The notes: generated from the letters alone by a model not told the origin. A stretch of DNA of 64,000 bases from Eledone cirrhosa (GCA_964016885.1 OZ024756.1:10292001-10356000); one strand, 5' to 3'; positions 1-13,254 are shown, numbered from the stretch's first letter. Numbers and translations: made by a program.

Positions 1-1605
1 AAAGTACCACAGACGCTCTTTTCCTTGTATGACAACTACAGGAGAAGTACCTAGCTAAAAGTAAACCCCTTTACTTAGCTTTTGTAGACCTGGAGAAAGC
101 CTTTGACAGAGTCCCCTGCTCCATTATCTGGTGGGCTCTTAGAAAACTAGGTGTAGATGAATGGCTTGTGAGAGCTATACAAGCTATGTATAAAGAAACA
201 GTCAGTAAAGTTAGAATTAACAATGAATATTGTGAAGAATTTAGTGTAAAAGTTGGTGTTGATCAAGGCTATGTCCTTAGCCCCCTCCTATTTATTATTT
301 CCCTTCAGGCTATAACAGAGGAGTTCAAGACCATCTGCCCATGGGAACTCCTATACGCAGATGATCTAACTCTCATAGCTGAATCTATGGCTGAACTAGA
401 GAAGAAATTCCAAACATGGAAGCATGGCCTAGAATCAAAAGGCCATAAATTTAACTTGTCTAAGACTAAAGTTCTAGTTTGTAGAAAGGAAAATAGGGCA
501 CAGGTGCCCTCAGGGAAATGGCCATGCTCAGTGCGTAGGAAAGGAGTAGGCAGAAATTCCATTTTATGTCCCAAATGGCAAACTAAAAGATGTAGTGGGA
601 TCACAGGTAAACTATCTAAGAACGTAGACTTTATATATGGCCGGTGCTCAGGTGCAATAGGTAGCAAGTGTTCACAGGATACTAGCTCCTTCTATTGCGC
701 AGATGGTTCTATAGAAATAGTGGACAATTTCCGTTACCTGGGTGCCACAATCAGCAGTGGTGGAGGGTGCTCTGAAAGTACAGTAGCCAGAGTCAGAACG
801 GGATGGAAAAAGTTCAGAGAGCTTATACCGCTGTTGGCCGCTAAAGATTTCTCTCTAAAAATGAAAGGCAGATTGTATGATGCCTGTATACGAACATCAA
901 TGCTACATGGCAATGAGACATGGGCATTACGTGCAGAGGACCTGTGCAGACTGGAAAGGAACGAAGCATGCATGCTCCGTTGGATGTGTAATAGTAATAT
1001 ACGTGAACGGCAAAGCATAAATGAACTAAGTGAGAAATTAGGAATAAGAGGGATCAGATGCTGTTTACTTGAGAGAAGACTACGTTGGTATGGTCACGTG
1101 ATGCACATGAAAGACGACAGCTGTATAAAAAAGTGCAGGGCGATCAAAATTGATGGTAGTTACGGAATAGGTAGACCCAGAAAAACCTAGGACAATCTGC
1201 TAAATTCTGACCTTACACACACCGCTCTAAGACAATGTCACTACACAGTAATACAGAAAACCCGAGTTGCCTATGTACAAAGCGAAACCTAGTCAGTAGC
1301 CACCTCTTAACCAAATATACACCCCAATCCACTACCCTATCCTACCACTCCCACCAACACCACCCTCTCTCTGTAAAGTTGGTACCACAACACCCAGTCC
1401 AAATAAATGAGATAATGAGATCGTGATCGTGTAAAAAGTTCCGTGGTTGGTGTTAGGAAGGGCATCCAGCCGTAGAAAACCTGCCAGATAGCCCTATACG
1501 AGCGAGACACGGTCACCCGACCAACCTTGCCTCAAGTGGAACAACTCCCGTCTAACCCATGCTAGCATGGAAGATGGACATTAAACGAAGATGATGATGA
1601 TGATG
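1..1605 (+). mobile_element. RTE-clade LINE, RT and 3' end (5' part outside the window; nonsense TGA at 30-32)
   Basis: FVDLEKAFD, QGxxLSP and YADD motifs, RLRWYGHV...GRPRKT C-terminus and (GAT)n tail; CGA>TGA relative to the unit A copy. Confidence 0.93.
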
Positions 1606-1658
1606 TATATACATATTATAGATACAATATGTACAGTATATATTATACACTATATACG

Positions 1659-2090
1659 ATGTCCAAGAGAAAGGCAATGGCTGATACAGCTTGGCACCAG
1701 TGATATCACAGCATATATACTTTATATACATATATATACACTATGAACAATATATATACACTATGTACAGTATATATATACTATACACATAATATATACA
1801 CTGTGTACAGTATCTATACACTATATATGATGTCCAAGAGAAAGGTAATGGCTGATACAGATTGCCACAAGTGACATCAAAACATTTATATATACTGTAT
1901 ATATACACTATATACATATTATACACTATATATGTTGTCCAAGAAAAAGGCTATGGCCGATACAGCTTGGTACTAGTGACATCACAGCATATATATACAC
2001 TATATATATTATACAGTATATATATACACTATATATATATGTCCAAGAGAAAGGTTATGGCCGATACAGCTTGGCACCAGTGACATCACA
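1659..2090 (-). repeat. ~52-bp SINE-body segment repeated 4 times with TA/TACAC spacers (also 18590-19021, 35348-35767, ~52950-53380)
   Basis: GTCCAAGAGAAAGG-AATGGCTGATACAGCTTGGCACCAGTGACATCAC recurs at ~1660, 1831, 1937 and 2041. Confidence 0.85.
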
Positions 2091-2227
2091 ACTCATTTCT
2101 ACAGCTGAGTAAACTGGAGCAACGTGAAATAAAGTGTCTTGCTCAAGGACACAACACATCACCCGGTCCGAGAATTGAACTCACCACCTTTTAATTGCAA
2201 GCCCAATGCTGTAACCACTAAGCCATG
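2087..2227 (-). mobile_element. tRNA-derived SINE head plus CORE-like domain (also 19018-19158, ~35763-35903, ~53377-53517)
   Basis: Reverse strand: A box TGGCTTAGTGG, B box GAGTTCAATTC, then TGTGTCCTTGAGCAAGACACTT resembling the CORE domain. Confidence 0.8.
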
Positions 2228-2599
2228 ATACGTTCCAGACGCAACTGTGATATATGGAGACCATAAAGACAACCGGTCTTTCCATAGTTTAAGCCTTAAA
2301 ATACCTCTCATACACGCTTTAAGTACATATAAACTCATTAAAACACACTTTTGTATTTAAACACAAAAAAACAACCAGTAACGATCGTATAGAAACTACC
2401 AACCATTGTACACTAGTTACCAATTAGGACCATTGCCAGCCACGGTAGCCACTTGGTAATACACTGCACATCTCCCATCAATCTATGAAGGGTTTGTAGT
2501 AGATTAGAGAAAAACACAATCAGTAAAAAAAGTAATGGAATGAAAAATAAAAACATTTGTTCATAATTAAAGCCTTAAGATGTCCCTTCCTTACGATAT

Positions 2600-2810
2600 A
2601 CACTTTAATAACATTGAAACTTATTTAATAAGTTTAAAATTTAAACACTTTTTATTCAGACGTACCGCGATAAGAAAATAGATATGTTCTAACGAAAAAT
2701 CCGCGATGTGGCGAGGATTACCGCGATAGGAAATTAGATACGTTCCAAAGAAATATCCGCGATGTAACGGGACCGCGAAAAGTGAACCGCGATATAGCGG
2801 GGGTTTACTG
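2600..2810. mobile_element. Tigger/pogo-like DNA transposon end (one TIR), present in each unit
   Basis: Ends ...CCGCGATATAGCGGGGGTTTACTG followed by TA; subterminal CCGCGA motifs; left boundary uncertain. Confidence 0.55.
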
Positions 2811-3167
2811 TATATATACACACACAACATACATCTATCTATATACACTCATAATATTTATTTCGATTTTTGACATTAAAATGTTGACTGAGGGTGTGAC
2901 AACTGTTTCTTGTTTGAGGTTGTTCCAGTGGTTGAAATATAGACGGAGGTATTTTAAATAATAAAGACAGTCATGATAACAATATATTTTATATTACATG
3001 TAACAGTGGAATCTGATGATTGAAAAATAACACATCAACATTTCAGTTTGGAAGGTTTTTTTCTAAATATAAAAGTGGAGGAAGAAATATATTTTTCCAA
3101 TGTTTTTTATATATTTTCACTTGTATATAATTACTGGATCGCTGTAGGGTTCAAATAATTATATTAT

Positions 3168-3355
3168 TTTGGCAGTATCAGTAGAGAGTCGGACGCCATG
3201 CTTTCCACCATAGTTACGTCCCTTTACGGTCTGAGTTCAAATCGCGCCGAGGTAACCTTTGCCTTTCATCCTTACGTGGTCGATAAAATAAAGTACCAGT
3301 AATGTACTTGATTATTGCTGGCCTTGTGCCAAAAGTAGAAACAATTAATATAGAC
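3168..3355 (+). mobile_element. Degenerate tRNA-derived SINE, present in each unit
   Basis: B-box-like GAGTTCAAATC followed by GCCGAGGTAACCTTTGCCTTTCATCC...GTCGATAAAATAAAGTACCAG. Confidence 0.65.
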
Positions 3356-4170
3356 ATAAAGTAAATCTTTGTCAACTTACCTCCTTCAGATATAATCAAT
3401 GTGTTGTGTTGTTAGTTGTTACTAAACAACCAAAGAAATAATCTCTTTGTTATCAAATTAGAAGTTTCAAAGATGTTATCAGCTTTATTTCACGACATTA
3501 ACGTTGGTGTATCTTCTTCATCTTTAGTCATAAATTGATATCTTGTCAGAAAGAAGTAGTGAGGCTGACTTTATGTCTTTAGCTATAGATTTGATAGGAA
3601 ATATACATATATTATGTTGATATGTGGTCTAAAATATATATATTGTCTGTAATTGATTGATAGCAGATGTTCTGGTGAAATAGTAGTTTTACTACTACAG
3701 ATTGTAATGGAACTCTTAATAGACACAATTGTAAAGTAAGAATAGATATGACAGTGAAAGACTGATGTCGGGGAATTAAAATTGTGTATATATATATATA
3801 TATATAATTGTTACACAAGATATAATTAGATTAATTAAAGTTATAATGAAGACAGCAGGTACCCGGTATCTTTGGAAATGATTTAACTCCCTTACTGGTG
3901 TCATACGTTAAAAGTCCCTGATATAATTTAATACCTTCAGACGCACAGTTCCAATCGTATTTAATTTATTGTAAATCAGAAAGTATCACTCAATAAAAAT
4001 ATCAATTATATATCTACGTAGTCTCTCACCCCGCTAGAAATAGCAGTGAAATTATCCATTACAGATTTTTTTCTTTAAACTCTTACGTTTAGTTAAACAA
4101 TAACAAGCAAGTCTTTTGTACAGACTTCAGAGTAAGCTCGAAAACCGCCAGAATATCATCCTTCTTCTTG

Positions 4171-4206
<36 letters not shown>

Positions 4207-4207
<1 letters not shown>

Positions 4208-4240
4208 CTAGCAAATGACCCCCGTCCATTGGACGGTGTC
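4207..4240 (-). mobile_element. Helitron-like 3' terminus (also 21138-21171 and ~37879-37912; absent from unit C)
   Basis: Minus strand: CCGTCC-AAT-GGACGG hairpin, about 10 nt, then CTAG followed by T. Confidence 0.6.
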
Positions 4241-4251
4241 AGTTCTTGGTA

Positions 4252-4755
4252 CAGGTTGTACTGGGATACATGTTACCAGTAGCACCAACTGGTGACCTGA
4301 CATAGGGCAAAGGAGTTCTTAAGAGTCAATGGCCATCCAAAATCACCGGGAGAGATGACCCCTTAGCCTTTGTCAAGTCAGAATTCTAGGAGAAGGAAAA
4401 CTCTGATATAACACCTGCAACCCTGATGGTATCCAATGATGTTGACTTATTCTTCTTTTTGGTAAATATCATCTTGGTTAAGAGAGTGGGACTGGCTTTG
4501 TGCAGTGCCTTTGCTCACTATAAAAGCTTCACGGCACAGGCATTGCTTTATATCTGGAGATCTCTCTGCACTTGTCGTCACATGGTACCATGGGCCCAGC
4601 ACTATGTGTCAATAATTGTCACAAGTGTAGTGTTTGTACCAGAGTTTTCAAGTCGCTGGCTGGACTAAAAAGTCACACTCGTTCAGCGCATCGGTAGGGG
4701 TTCTCCTACATGGATATAAAGTAGTGGCCGTACTCGAAAACGAGTTGGCAGCCAC
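4252..4755 (+). mobile_element. Non-autonomous RTE-derived element with an inverted 5' piece (also 21183-21686, ~37923-38427)
   Basis: 4303-4755 is the reverse complement of 61599-62057, while 4252-4302 matches 62162-62212 directly; encodes a relic C-terminal CxxC...RVFKSLAGLKSH. Confidence 0.7.
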
Positions 4756-4859
4756 TTTTTTTTATGTATGTATGTATGTGTGTGTGTGTGTGTAGTTGAC
4801 GGTTGAGAGAAGAGTACTCAATACCGAAGTAATCTTGTAATGAGGCTTGCAGAATGGTG

Positions 4860-5220
4860 AGTCCGACATTCTGGACGCTGCTGCCTTGTAGAAGTCCCAA
4901 ATCGAAGCTGTGACACTCTCGTCCCCATCATTCAGCAGGGATTTTGCCAGGCAGCCGCATCATCTCCGATGGTTGGGCTTCTTATTCGGAAATTGAAGGT
5001 GGGATTTACGTTCATGATGTTGTGGTGCACGAACGGAACTTTGTAGATCCTGCGGACCTTGATGTGCACACACAGCTCATAGAGAACACATGGAGCCGTG
5101 CAAAGAAGAAGCTTCGTCGCCAGCATGTTTCGTTTAAGCACACACACAAAATGTAAACACGACGTTCGAAAATGAAAATAAATTTACTTTCATTATTGCG
5201 ACCGCTAATTCATGTATGCC
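4860..5220 (+). mobile_element. Merlin (IS1016/ISXO2-like) transposase fragment with right TIR (also 21791-22151, 38532-38892)
   Basis: LVEVPNRSCDTLVPIIQQ / frameshift / LPGSRIISDGWASY...HERNFVDP...HTQLIENTWSRAK; ends ...TTCATGTATGCC. Confidence 0.85.
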
Positions 5221-5271
5221 TCTCTCTCTCTCTATATATATATACATGCACACACACACATAATATATATA

Positions 5272-5420
5272 CAGTGAAATTCCGTTATAACGAAATTCAC
5301 GCAGTATAAAAATAATTCGTTGTAACGAAACATTTTATATAACCGTTTGTTTGTTGTTCAATTGTATTTTAGTTATGGTGTTTCACATGTTATAACACAG
5401 GGAAGTATAGAGTCCAAGTG
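5272..5420. mobile_element. Tigger-like MITE end, present in each unit
   Basis: TA|CAGTGAAATTCCGTTATAACGAA with internal GTTATAAC/GTTGTAAC palindromic motifs. Confidence 0.5.
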
Positions 5421-7242
5421 AAAATATAAGACAACATATAATCTAAGAAGGTTAAAGAAAAGAAGGAAAAACAAGTGAAAAGAAAGAAAAAGTTAAAAGG
5501 AAAAGGTAGAAAAAAACCATTCAAATAATTATTCTCATTTAGAAAGTATTTTTTATGTTGGCCAGCTAAAATCTTTCCTCCACTCAATTGTATCAAGTTC
5601 ATTAGTTAATCCTAACTTTCCTGTAAAATATTACTGATTTCAACAAGAACTTTTTGGCTAAAACCACTAACAATAACAAATATGTTTGTTTCGAGAGAAG
5701 ACCCCTATGTGGTTACTTGACCTGTTGGAAATAGCAGCCAAATTTCTTTCAGGTCACATTACCTTCTTGAATTAGGAAAGGGCTGTTTGGTCGGTTGCTT
5801 TAAGCCACAGTTTAGAGACAATCGGGAACTAAACGGGGGTTAGTTCCCTAATGATATATATATCAGGATTGAGTAATCCAAGTTTCAGTTTGACATATTA
5901 TTCGTAATCACGTGTAACACGTGTTTCATGAATGTATTATATTTATTTCTTCTCCACTGTTTTTGATACATCTCAAAATTCTGTTTAGGCAGCCGTCCCT
6001 GCTGGGCGGGTTTTTTAGGGCTCCACTTAAGTCAACATAAGCAACACATACAACCACGTGTGACTACACACCAAAAACAAGAAATCAATCACTGAAATAT
6101 TGACTTAAATAGTCCTTACAAACCTAAGGTAACACAACAAAAGCCTACTTGGTCTTACCTGGACGAAAGCTAGGAAATTCCACAATTTATTATTCATCTG
6201 AACATTATCTCCATAATTATGTGGTTGGTGCCAGTAAATCTCTCAACAAGATTTCTGCTGTTAACCTGGCTTCCACACACTGAAGCATTAACACTGCAGT
6301 AACTCAACCACTCTTATAACACGTGGGTTACATTTACAAGCAAAAGAAAAGAAAACACGTAAAGATTAATTCAAATACAAACAGAAAGAAAGATCTATCG
6401 CCTTGCTTCTCCACATTTTTATTGGAGATTCTCATCCAACATCTGCTAACACAATAAGTTAGTTTCAGAAGCCCCAAGTTCGAGAAGTGATTCAGTAATC
6501 TTGGTAAAGTTAAACCTACATAAGTAGATATAATTCAGACTAAGGGTCAGACCTGCTTTTATGAGTAGTAAGAGACAATAATATATGGAAGGAGGAGGAG
6601 TGAGAGAGATAGAAAGACAAAACTGTGTTAATTCTCTCTCCCCCCTCTCTTCTTTTACTCTATCTACCTCTTAAGTGTTCATTTCACTGTTTTATTGTCT
6701 TACTAGCAGTGTATCCCGGAATTGATCATGGTCTGTAATCACCGCATACGAAAAACATTTAAATACTATAAACCTAATTAAATATTCTAAACAGCAACTC
6801 ACTATAATTCCGTATAGAATAACATTTATTAGTACCTCTTTCTCCTAATTATATGCTTTCATGCTTATTTTTGCCTTTTAATGTTTTAGCTTCCTTAGAT
6901 TTATGCGTTAATGACTAAAGGCAACTGACTGCTAGAAATAGCAGCGATATTATCCATTACAACTTAGTCTTTTTTGTTTAAAATCTCCAAAGTTTAGTTA
7001 TACAATCAACAGTAAGCCTTTTGTACAGACTTCGGAATAAACTGGAAGACCGTCAAAATATCATTCTCCTTCTCTCTCTCTTTAAGCAAAGAATCGTTGC
7101 TTTCACCCTTAACGGGATCTTCTGAAACTCATTATTTTAATAAATAGTTGCTCTACGGCTTATATATACATATATATATATTATCCTTATCGAATCCCCT
7201 ACAGATTTTGGTCTTCACACACATATATATATATATATATAT

Positions 7243-7420
7243 AGGCACATGGCTTAGTGCTTAGAGCATTGGGCTTGCAATCGAAAGGTTGTGAGTTCAA
7301 TTCTCGGGCCGTATGTGCAAGACAGGGTCAGCCGACCGGACACTGCCCACAACAGGACAACCCGTCTAACCCATGCTAGCGTGGAAGAACGGACGAAAAA
7401 AGGTGATGATGATGATGATA
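7243..7420 (+). mobile_element. Short tRNA-head SINE with RTE-type 3' tail (also 24394-24571, 41115-41292)
   Basis: GGCACATGGCTTAGTG(G/C)TTAG A box, GAGTTCAATTC B box, tail CCGTCTAACCCATGCTAGC...(GAT)n shared with the LINE 3' end. Confidence 0.8.
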
Positions 7421-7444
7421 TATACACGTGTATATTCATATATT

Positions 7445-8830
7445 ATACATCATAACAGTTTAAGTTCCATTTTACAAGCTAGCATGGGTCGGACGAGTTG
7501 TCCTGTTGTGTGAAATGTTAGATCAAATGACCGTGTCTGGCTCATGCAAGAAACATTTCTGGTTGGTTTCTACAGCTGGATGTCCTTCCTAAATCTAACA
7601 ACATTTACAGGGTGGACTTGGCATTTATTGTTGTGTTGCTAACATGACCAACCTACAGGGTGGACTGGGTGCTCTTCGTTGTGACCACCACCTAACAGAG
7701 CAGACTTGGTGCTCTTTGTCATGTCACCAATTTGACTACTTTGAAGGGTGCTTCGTGTGCCTTCAGTCTTGCCACTAGCATGACCACTTTTCAGAGTGGG
7801 CTGGGGGCCTTCTGTCATGTCTATCTCACAGGGTGGACTGGGTGCTTATTTGTCATGTCACCAGCATGACTACCTTGCAGGGAGGGTTAGGTATTCTTTT
7901 GTCATGTTAGCTAACAGAGGACTTGGTGCTCTTTTGTTATGACACCTGCATGACAGGGTTGCCTGAGGAGAGCATGTCAAGCTTTCCATACTTGTATACA
8001 TGGGTTTGTCAAGAGAGGTGAAAGTGGGGGTGGAGTTGTGTGTATGTAGGGTGGGGATTGGAGAGGTAGGTCAGGGTGGTGTACTTAGCTGGTAAGGGGG
8101 TGGAGTGTTAAGATGTGGGGAGTTGGAAAATTGGAGCATACTTCAAACCACTAAATGTTTCATCCCGTGCACATGGGAATGCAGGTCTCCTGCAGTACTG
8201 TATAACGCCAGAGATTTCAATCCTGTGTCATCACCTTTGAGAGGTACTAGGGTGTCAGGTCAGTTTTTACCTCCTCATCCCAAGCTTTCCTAGGTCTTCC
8301 TCTTCCATCAATTTCAAACAGTCAACCTTTTATACAGCACATAACATGTCCATAACAATGCAATCTCCTCTTCTGCATACTGTATCTTATCCATCTCATG
8401 CCCAGGTTCTCTCTCAGTTTATTTACACTTTCCCCTTCATGTATATTAATATTACACATCCATCGGAGAATTCAAGCTTCATTTCAATCCAATCTTCTGA
8501 GGTCCTCGCTGCAATGCAACATTGCTGTTCATATGCACACATCAATTTGGTGAAACAACCTTTTGTAGCTAGCAGTAGTAGTAGTAGCACCCTAAACCTT
8601 TGCCATCTTGTTCTTACTCTGGTTACTGTACTTTCAGAACACCTACCTCCACTGCTAATTTGGTCACTCAGATAACAGAAACTGTCAACTGCTTCTATGG
8701 ATCCCATTAAATATTTGATAGAGCTTGTATCATAAACGCGATTGCTGCTTACTGCTCCAGTGCAATGACCCTTCGTAAAATCTACGTTCTTAGCTAACTT
8801 ACCATGTATGTGTGACCATTAGTTTCTGAG
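7445..8830 (-). mobile_element. Old degenerate RTE LINE 3' fragment, present in each unit
   Basis: ORF 8423-8707 GSIEAVDSFCYLSDQISSGGRCSESTVTRVRTRWQRFR; G-rich 3' UTR complement, ~45-50-bp degenerate repeats at 7600-7970 and reversed tail near 7450. Confidence 0.8.
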
Positions 8831-8889
8831 TCCAGTTATGGCACCACTGTTTATTAGGGGAGGTACTTCCAAACAGACCCTTCATTAGG

Positions 8890-9506
8890 CATGCTGACAA
8901 ATATATTTTGCAATCTAGTTGACTTAATTAGCAGTGTAGGGAGCTGCTCTGAAAGATGAATAGCTAGAATAAGGATAGGATGGAAAAAGTTTAGAGAGCT
9001 ACTGCAACAGTTGACCACAAAAGGTTTCTCTCTCTGTACAAAAGGACAACTGTATGACACATGTGCAATGATGAATGGTAATGAAACAAGGGGTGACTGC
9101 AGAGGATATGTAGACTGGAGAGAAATGAAGCAACCATGCTTTGTAGGATATGTTGTGTAAGTGCGAGAGAAAGACAGAGCTTGGACAAGTTCAAGAAGAA
9201 ACTGGGTTTAAGAGTGATCTGAAGTGGTGTGTAAGAGAGAACACTGTGTTTGTACGGTCATGTGATGAACATGGATAAAATACCACTGGGTGATGAAGTG
9301 CCAGAAAATCCCAGTAGAAGGAAGCCATAGAGGTAGACCAAGAAAGACCTGGACAGAGGCTGTGTGAACTGACTTCAAATAACTAACTCTCACAGAGGAC
9401 ATGACAAAGGAACATGACGAGTTGAAAGATGCCATGTTGAGAAGGTCCTCTTCAACCAAGCATGGAAAAACGGACATAAAAACAGTGATGATGTTGATGA
9501 TGACGT
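8890..9506 (+). mobile_element. Old degenerate RTE LINE 3' fragment, present in each unit
   Basis: Relics of ISSVGSCSE...RIGWKKFRELL and GRPRKTW; tail CATGGAAAAACGGACATAAAAACAGTGATGATG. Confidence 0.8.
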
Positions 9507-9701
9507 ACATATACACACATACATAATAAATAAATCAAACACAGATATGCACATACTTATATACAAACATATACATGGACACAAATTTCTACACACATAC
9601 ATTCACGTATGTAAATTCTGAATGATAGTTTTGTCAGCACAAGTCTTGGTTACAACTTGTACAAATAAAATGAAAGGAGAAGAAATTTTTAGTAAAACAG
9701 T

Positions 9702-9707
9702 TTTATT
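9702..9707 (-). promoter_or_regulatory. Candidate polyadenylation signal for the zinc-finger transcript
   Basis: AATAAA on the minus strand just past the last degenerate finger; conserved in all three units. Confidence 0.35.
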
Positions 9708-9779
9708 CAAAATATTAACATTGGTGGCACTATTTTAGGTGAGTGATATGGTTTTTATCTTGTCTAATTGTGTTGCATT

Positions 9780-11132
<1,353 letters not shown>

Positions 11133-12329
11133 TCACTGATATGGCTTGTCTCCTGTATGTGTACGTTTATGTGTAGTTAGTTTACTACTTGCAGAGAATG
11201 ATTTACCACAGATATCACAGTGGTATGGCTTGTCTCCTGTATGTATACGTTTATGCTGAATTAAGGAACTACTTTCAGAGAATGATTTACCACAGATATC
11301 ACAGTGATATGGCTTGTCTCCTGTATGGGTATGTTTGTGGCTAGTTAAGTGACTACTTCGAGAGAATGATTTGCCACAGATATCACAGTGATATGGCTTG
11401 TCTCCTGTATGTATACGTTTGTGTGTAGTTAAGTTACTACTTGCAGAGAATGATTTACCACAGATATCACAGTGGTATGGCTTGTCTCCTGTATGTATAC
11501 GTTTATGCTTAATTAAGTTACTACTTACAGAGAATGATTTACTACAGATATCACAGTGATATGGCTTGTCTCCTGTATGGGTACGTTTGTGGCTAGTTAA
11601 GTGACTACTTACAGAGAATGATTTACCACAGACATCACAGTGATATGGCTTGTCTCCTGTATGTGTACGGTTATGTGTAGTTAGGTGACTACTTTCAGAA
11701 AAGGATTTACCACAGATATCACAGTGGTATGGCTTGTCTCCTGCATGTATACGTTTATGCTTAATTAAGGAACTATTTTCAGAGAATGATTTACCACAGA
11801 TATCACAGTGATATGGCTTGTCTCCTGTATGGGTACGTTTGTGGCTAGTTAAGTAACTACTTCGAGAGAATGATTTGCCACAGATATCACAGTGATATGG
11901 CTTGTCTCCTGTATGGGTACGTTTGTGAGAAGGTAAGTTACTACTTCGAGAGAATGATTTACCACAGATATCGCACTGATATGGTTTCTCCCCTGTATGG
12001 GTATGTATGTGAGTATTTAAGTGACTACTTCGAGAGAATGATTTACTACAGATATCGCAGTGATATGGTTTCTCTCCTGTCTGTATATGTTTGTGATTAA
12101 TTAAGTTACTACTATCAGAGAATGATTTACCACAGATATCACAGTGATATGGCTTCTCCCCTGTATGTATATGTTTGTGAGTAGTTAAGGTACTACTTTT
12201 ATTGAATGATTTACCACAGATATCACAGTGATATGGCTTCTCTTCTCTAACCTTCATCAGCTCACCAGGAATACTAAACGATTTCGATTGTGTTTCGCAT
12301 TTAATCTTCTTTGTCAATTTATTTTCCAT
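11133..12329 (-). CDS. Tandem C2H2 zinc-finger protein, 398 aa, 13 fingers (unit A)
   Basis: 32-aa leader, then 13 [10 protein letters not shown]...H...H-TGDKP repeats; finger 2 has a His>Gln change; ends at a private 2-bp deletion; no KRAB/SCAN/SET domain. Confidence 0.9.
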   Translation of the reverse strand: MENKLTKKIKCETQSKSFSIPGELMKVREEKPYHCDICGKSFNKSSTLTTHKHIHTGEKPYHCDICGKSFSDSSNLINHKHIQTGEKPYHCDICSKSFSRSSHLNTHIHTHTGEKPYQCDICGKSFSRSSNLPSHKRTHTGDKPYHCDICGKSFSRSSYLTSHKRTHTGDKPYHCDICGKSFSENSSLIKHKRIHAGDKPYHCDICGKSFSESSHLTTHNRTHTGDKPYHCDVCGKSFSVSSHLTSHKRTHTGDKPYHCDICSKSFSVSSNLIKHKRIHTGDKPYHCDICGKSFSASSNLTTHKRIHTGDKPYHCDICGKSFSRSSHLTSHKHTHTGDKPYHCDICGKSFSESSSLIQHKRIHTGDKPYHCDICGKSFSASSKLTTHKRTHTGDKPYQ

Positions 12330-12679
12330 AATTATTTCTTCTTCAACAGAATATACAAATGTTTTACTCGTAATATTTTTAATATTATATTTCTCATAAA
12401 AATATTTCTTCTTCTATATTTCCCTCAACTGTGATTTCAGTTAATATCTGAAGATAATACAAACTTCTTTTTCATCCAAGTTTAGTTAAAATACAAAACC
12501 ATCTCATAGTTAAGAAAATAAACTCAATTTTGAGGAAATATTTCACAGTAATACGAGAGATTTATATAAACAGTGTTATATAAGTTCTGTTAAAAAAGTT
12601 GTTGTCTTAAAATGATGATAAATAAAAGTGATGTATCCAAGATTGAAAATAATAATTTATACCAATGTCATCTGATATT

Positions 12680-12700
12680 CTGAAATAAGAAAGAAACAGT
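12680..12700 (-). promoter_or_regulatory. Candidate splice acceptor for the zinc-finger coding exon (also ~29500, ~46006)
   Basis: Minus strand CTGTTTCTTTCTTATTTCAG|AATATC, about 350 nt upstream of the ATG. Confidence 0.6.
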
Positions 12701-13254
12701 ATGAGATAATATAGAATACTTAAGAAGCAGAGATAGATTTAAGTGAAAACTTTACAATTTTCCCAGCGTTGAAGACGTTACTTTTTCCCTAATATAAGTC
12801 CCAAAAATCTACCAATATGTCCTGGACGCCGAAGGTTATTTATTATTTTTTTTCAAAAATGTTGATGACTTCGGCGCTGGTAAATACGGTACCTTGGTAA
12901 ACTGTAGAAATGTACCTGTGTGATGTTTATTTATATAAACCAAGGCTATATATATGTCAAACTACAGCTGCACCATCACTATAGCGGTGTCATCTAGTAC
13001 AGGGCCCCAAAAGTGTGGTAACCTTGTGAGAAGGGTTTGGCTCGGCCGACTGGCCAGCCCTTCTTTTAACCGTACCATTCAGTACCAGTTCCCATAATTA
13101 TGGAAACTTCATGAAAAGGGTTTGGCCCATCTGGCTGGCCACCCCTCCTCATAATGGTGCCACCCAGTACCAGGCCCCAAATGTATAGTTCCACTGTGAG
13201 ATGGGTTCAGCACAGCCAACTGGCCTGTCCCTCCTCATAACAGAGCCATCCAGT

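Larger units (their letters stand above)
1..6719. repeat. Partial copy (right end) of the ~17-kb tandem segmental repeat unit
   Basis: Near-identical to 16932-23650 at offset 16931; the ORF track repeats with the same offset. Confidence 0.95.

Noticed and set aside
305-1018. Antisense ORFs over the RT (and equivalents in other units and over the ZNF genes)
   Set aside because: Shadow frames of real coding sequence with no independent motifs.
1659-2090. CRISPR-like repeat-spacer array
   Set aside because: Spacers are low-complexity TA/TACAC microsatellite and the repeats are SINE body sequence.
3013-3060. Second hammerhead at CTGATGA
   Set aside because: No correctly placed GAAA/stem III/NUH and no stem I pairing found.
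7244-7310. tRNA gene (TGC anticodon-like loop)
   Set aside because: No proper acceptor stem, and it runs into a LINE-type tail; it is a SINE head.
8020-8125. Independent G-quadruplex regulatory element
   Set aside because: Best explained as the complement of the C-rich RTE 3' UTR (compare 1320-1370).
11133-12329. PRDM9 or KRAB-ZNF orthologue
   Set aside because: No SET, KRAB, SSXRD or SCAN coding sequence seen in the unit; only the mode of evolution is similar, so no gene symbol is assigned.
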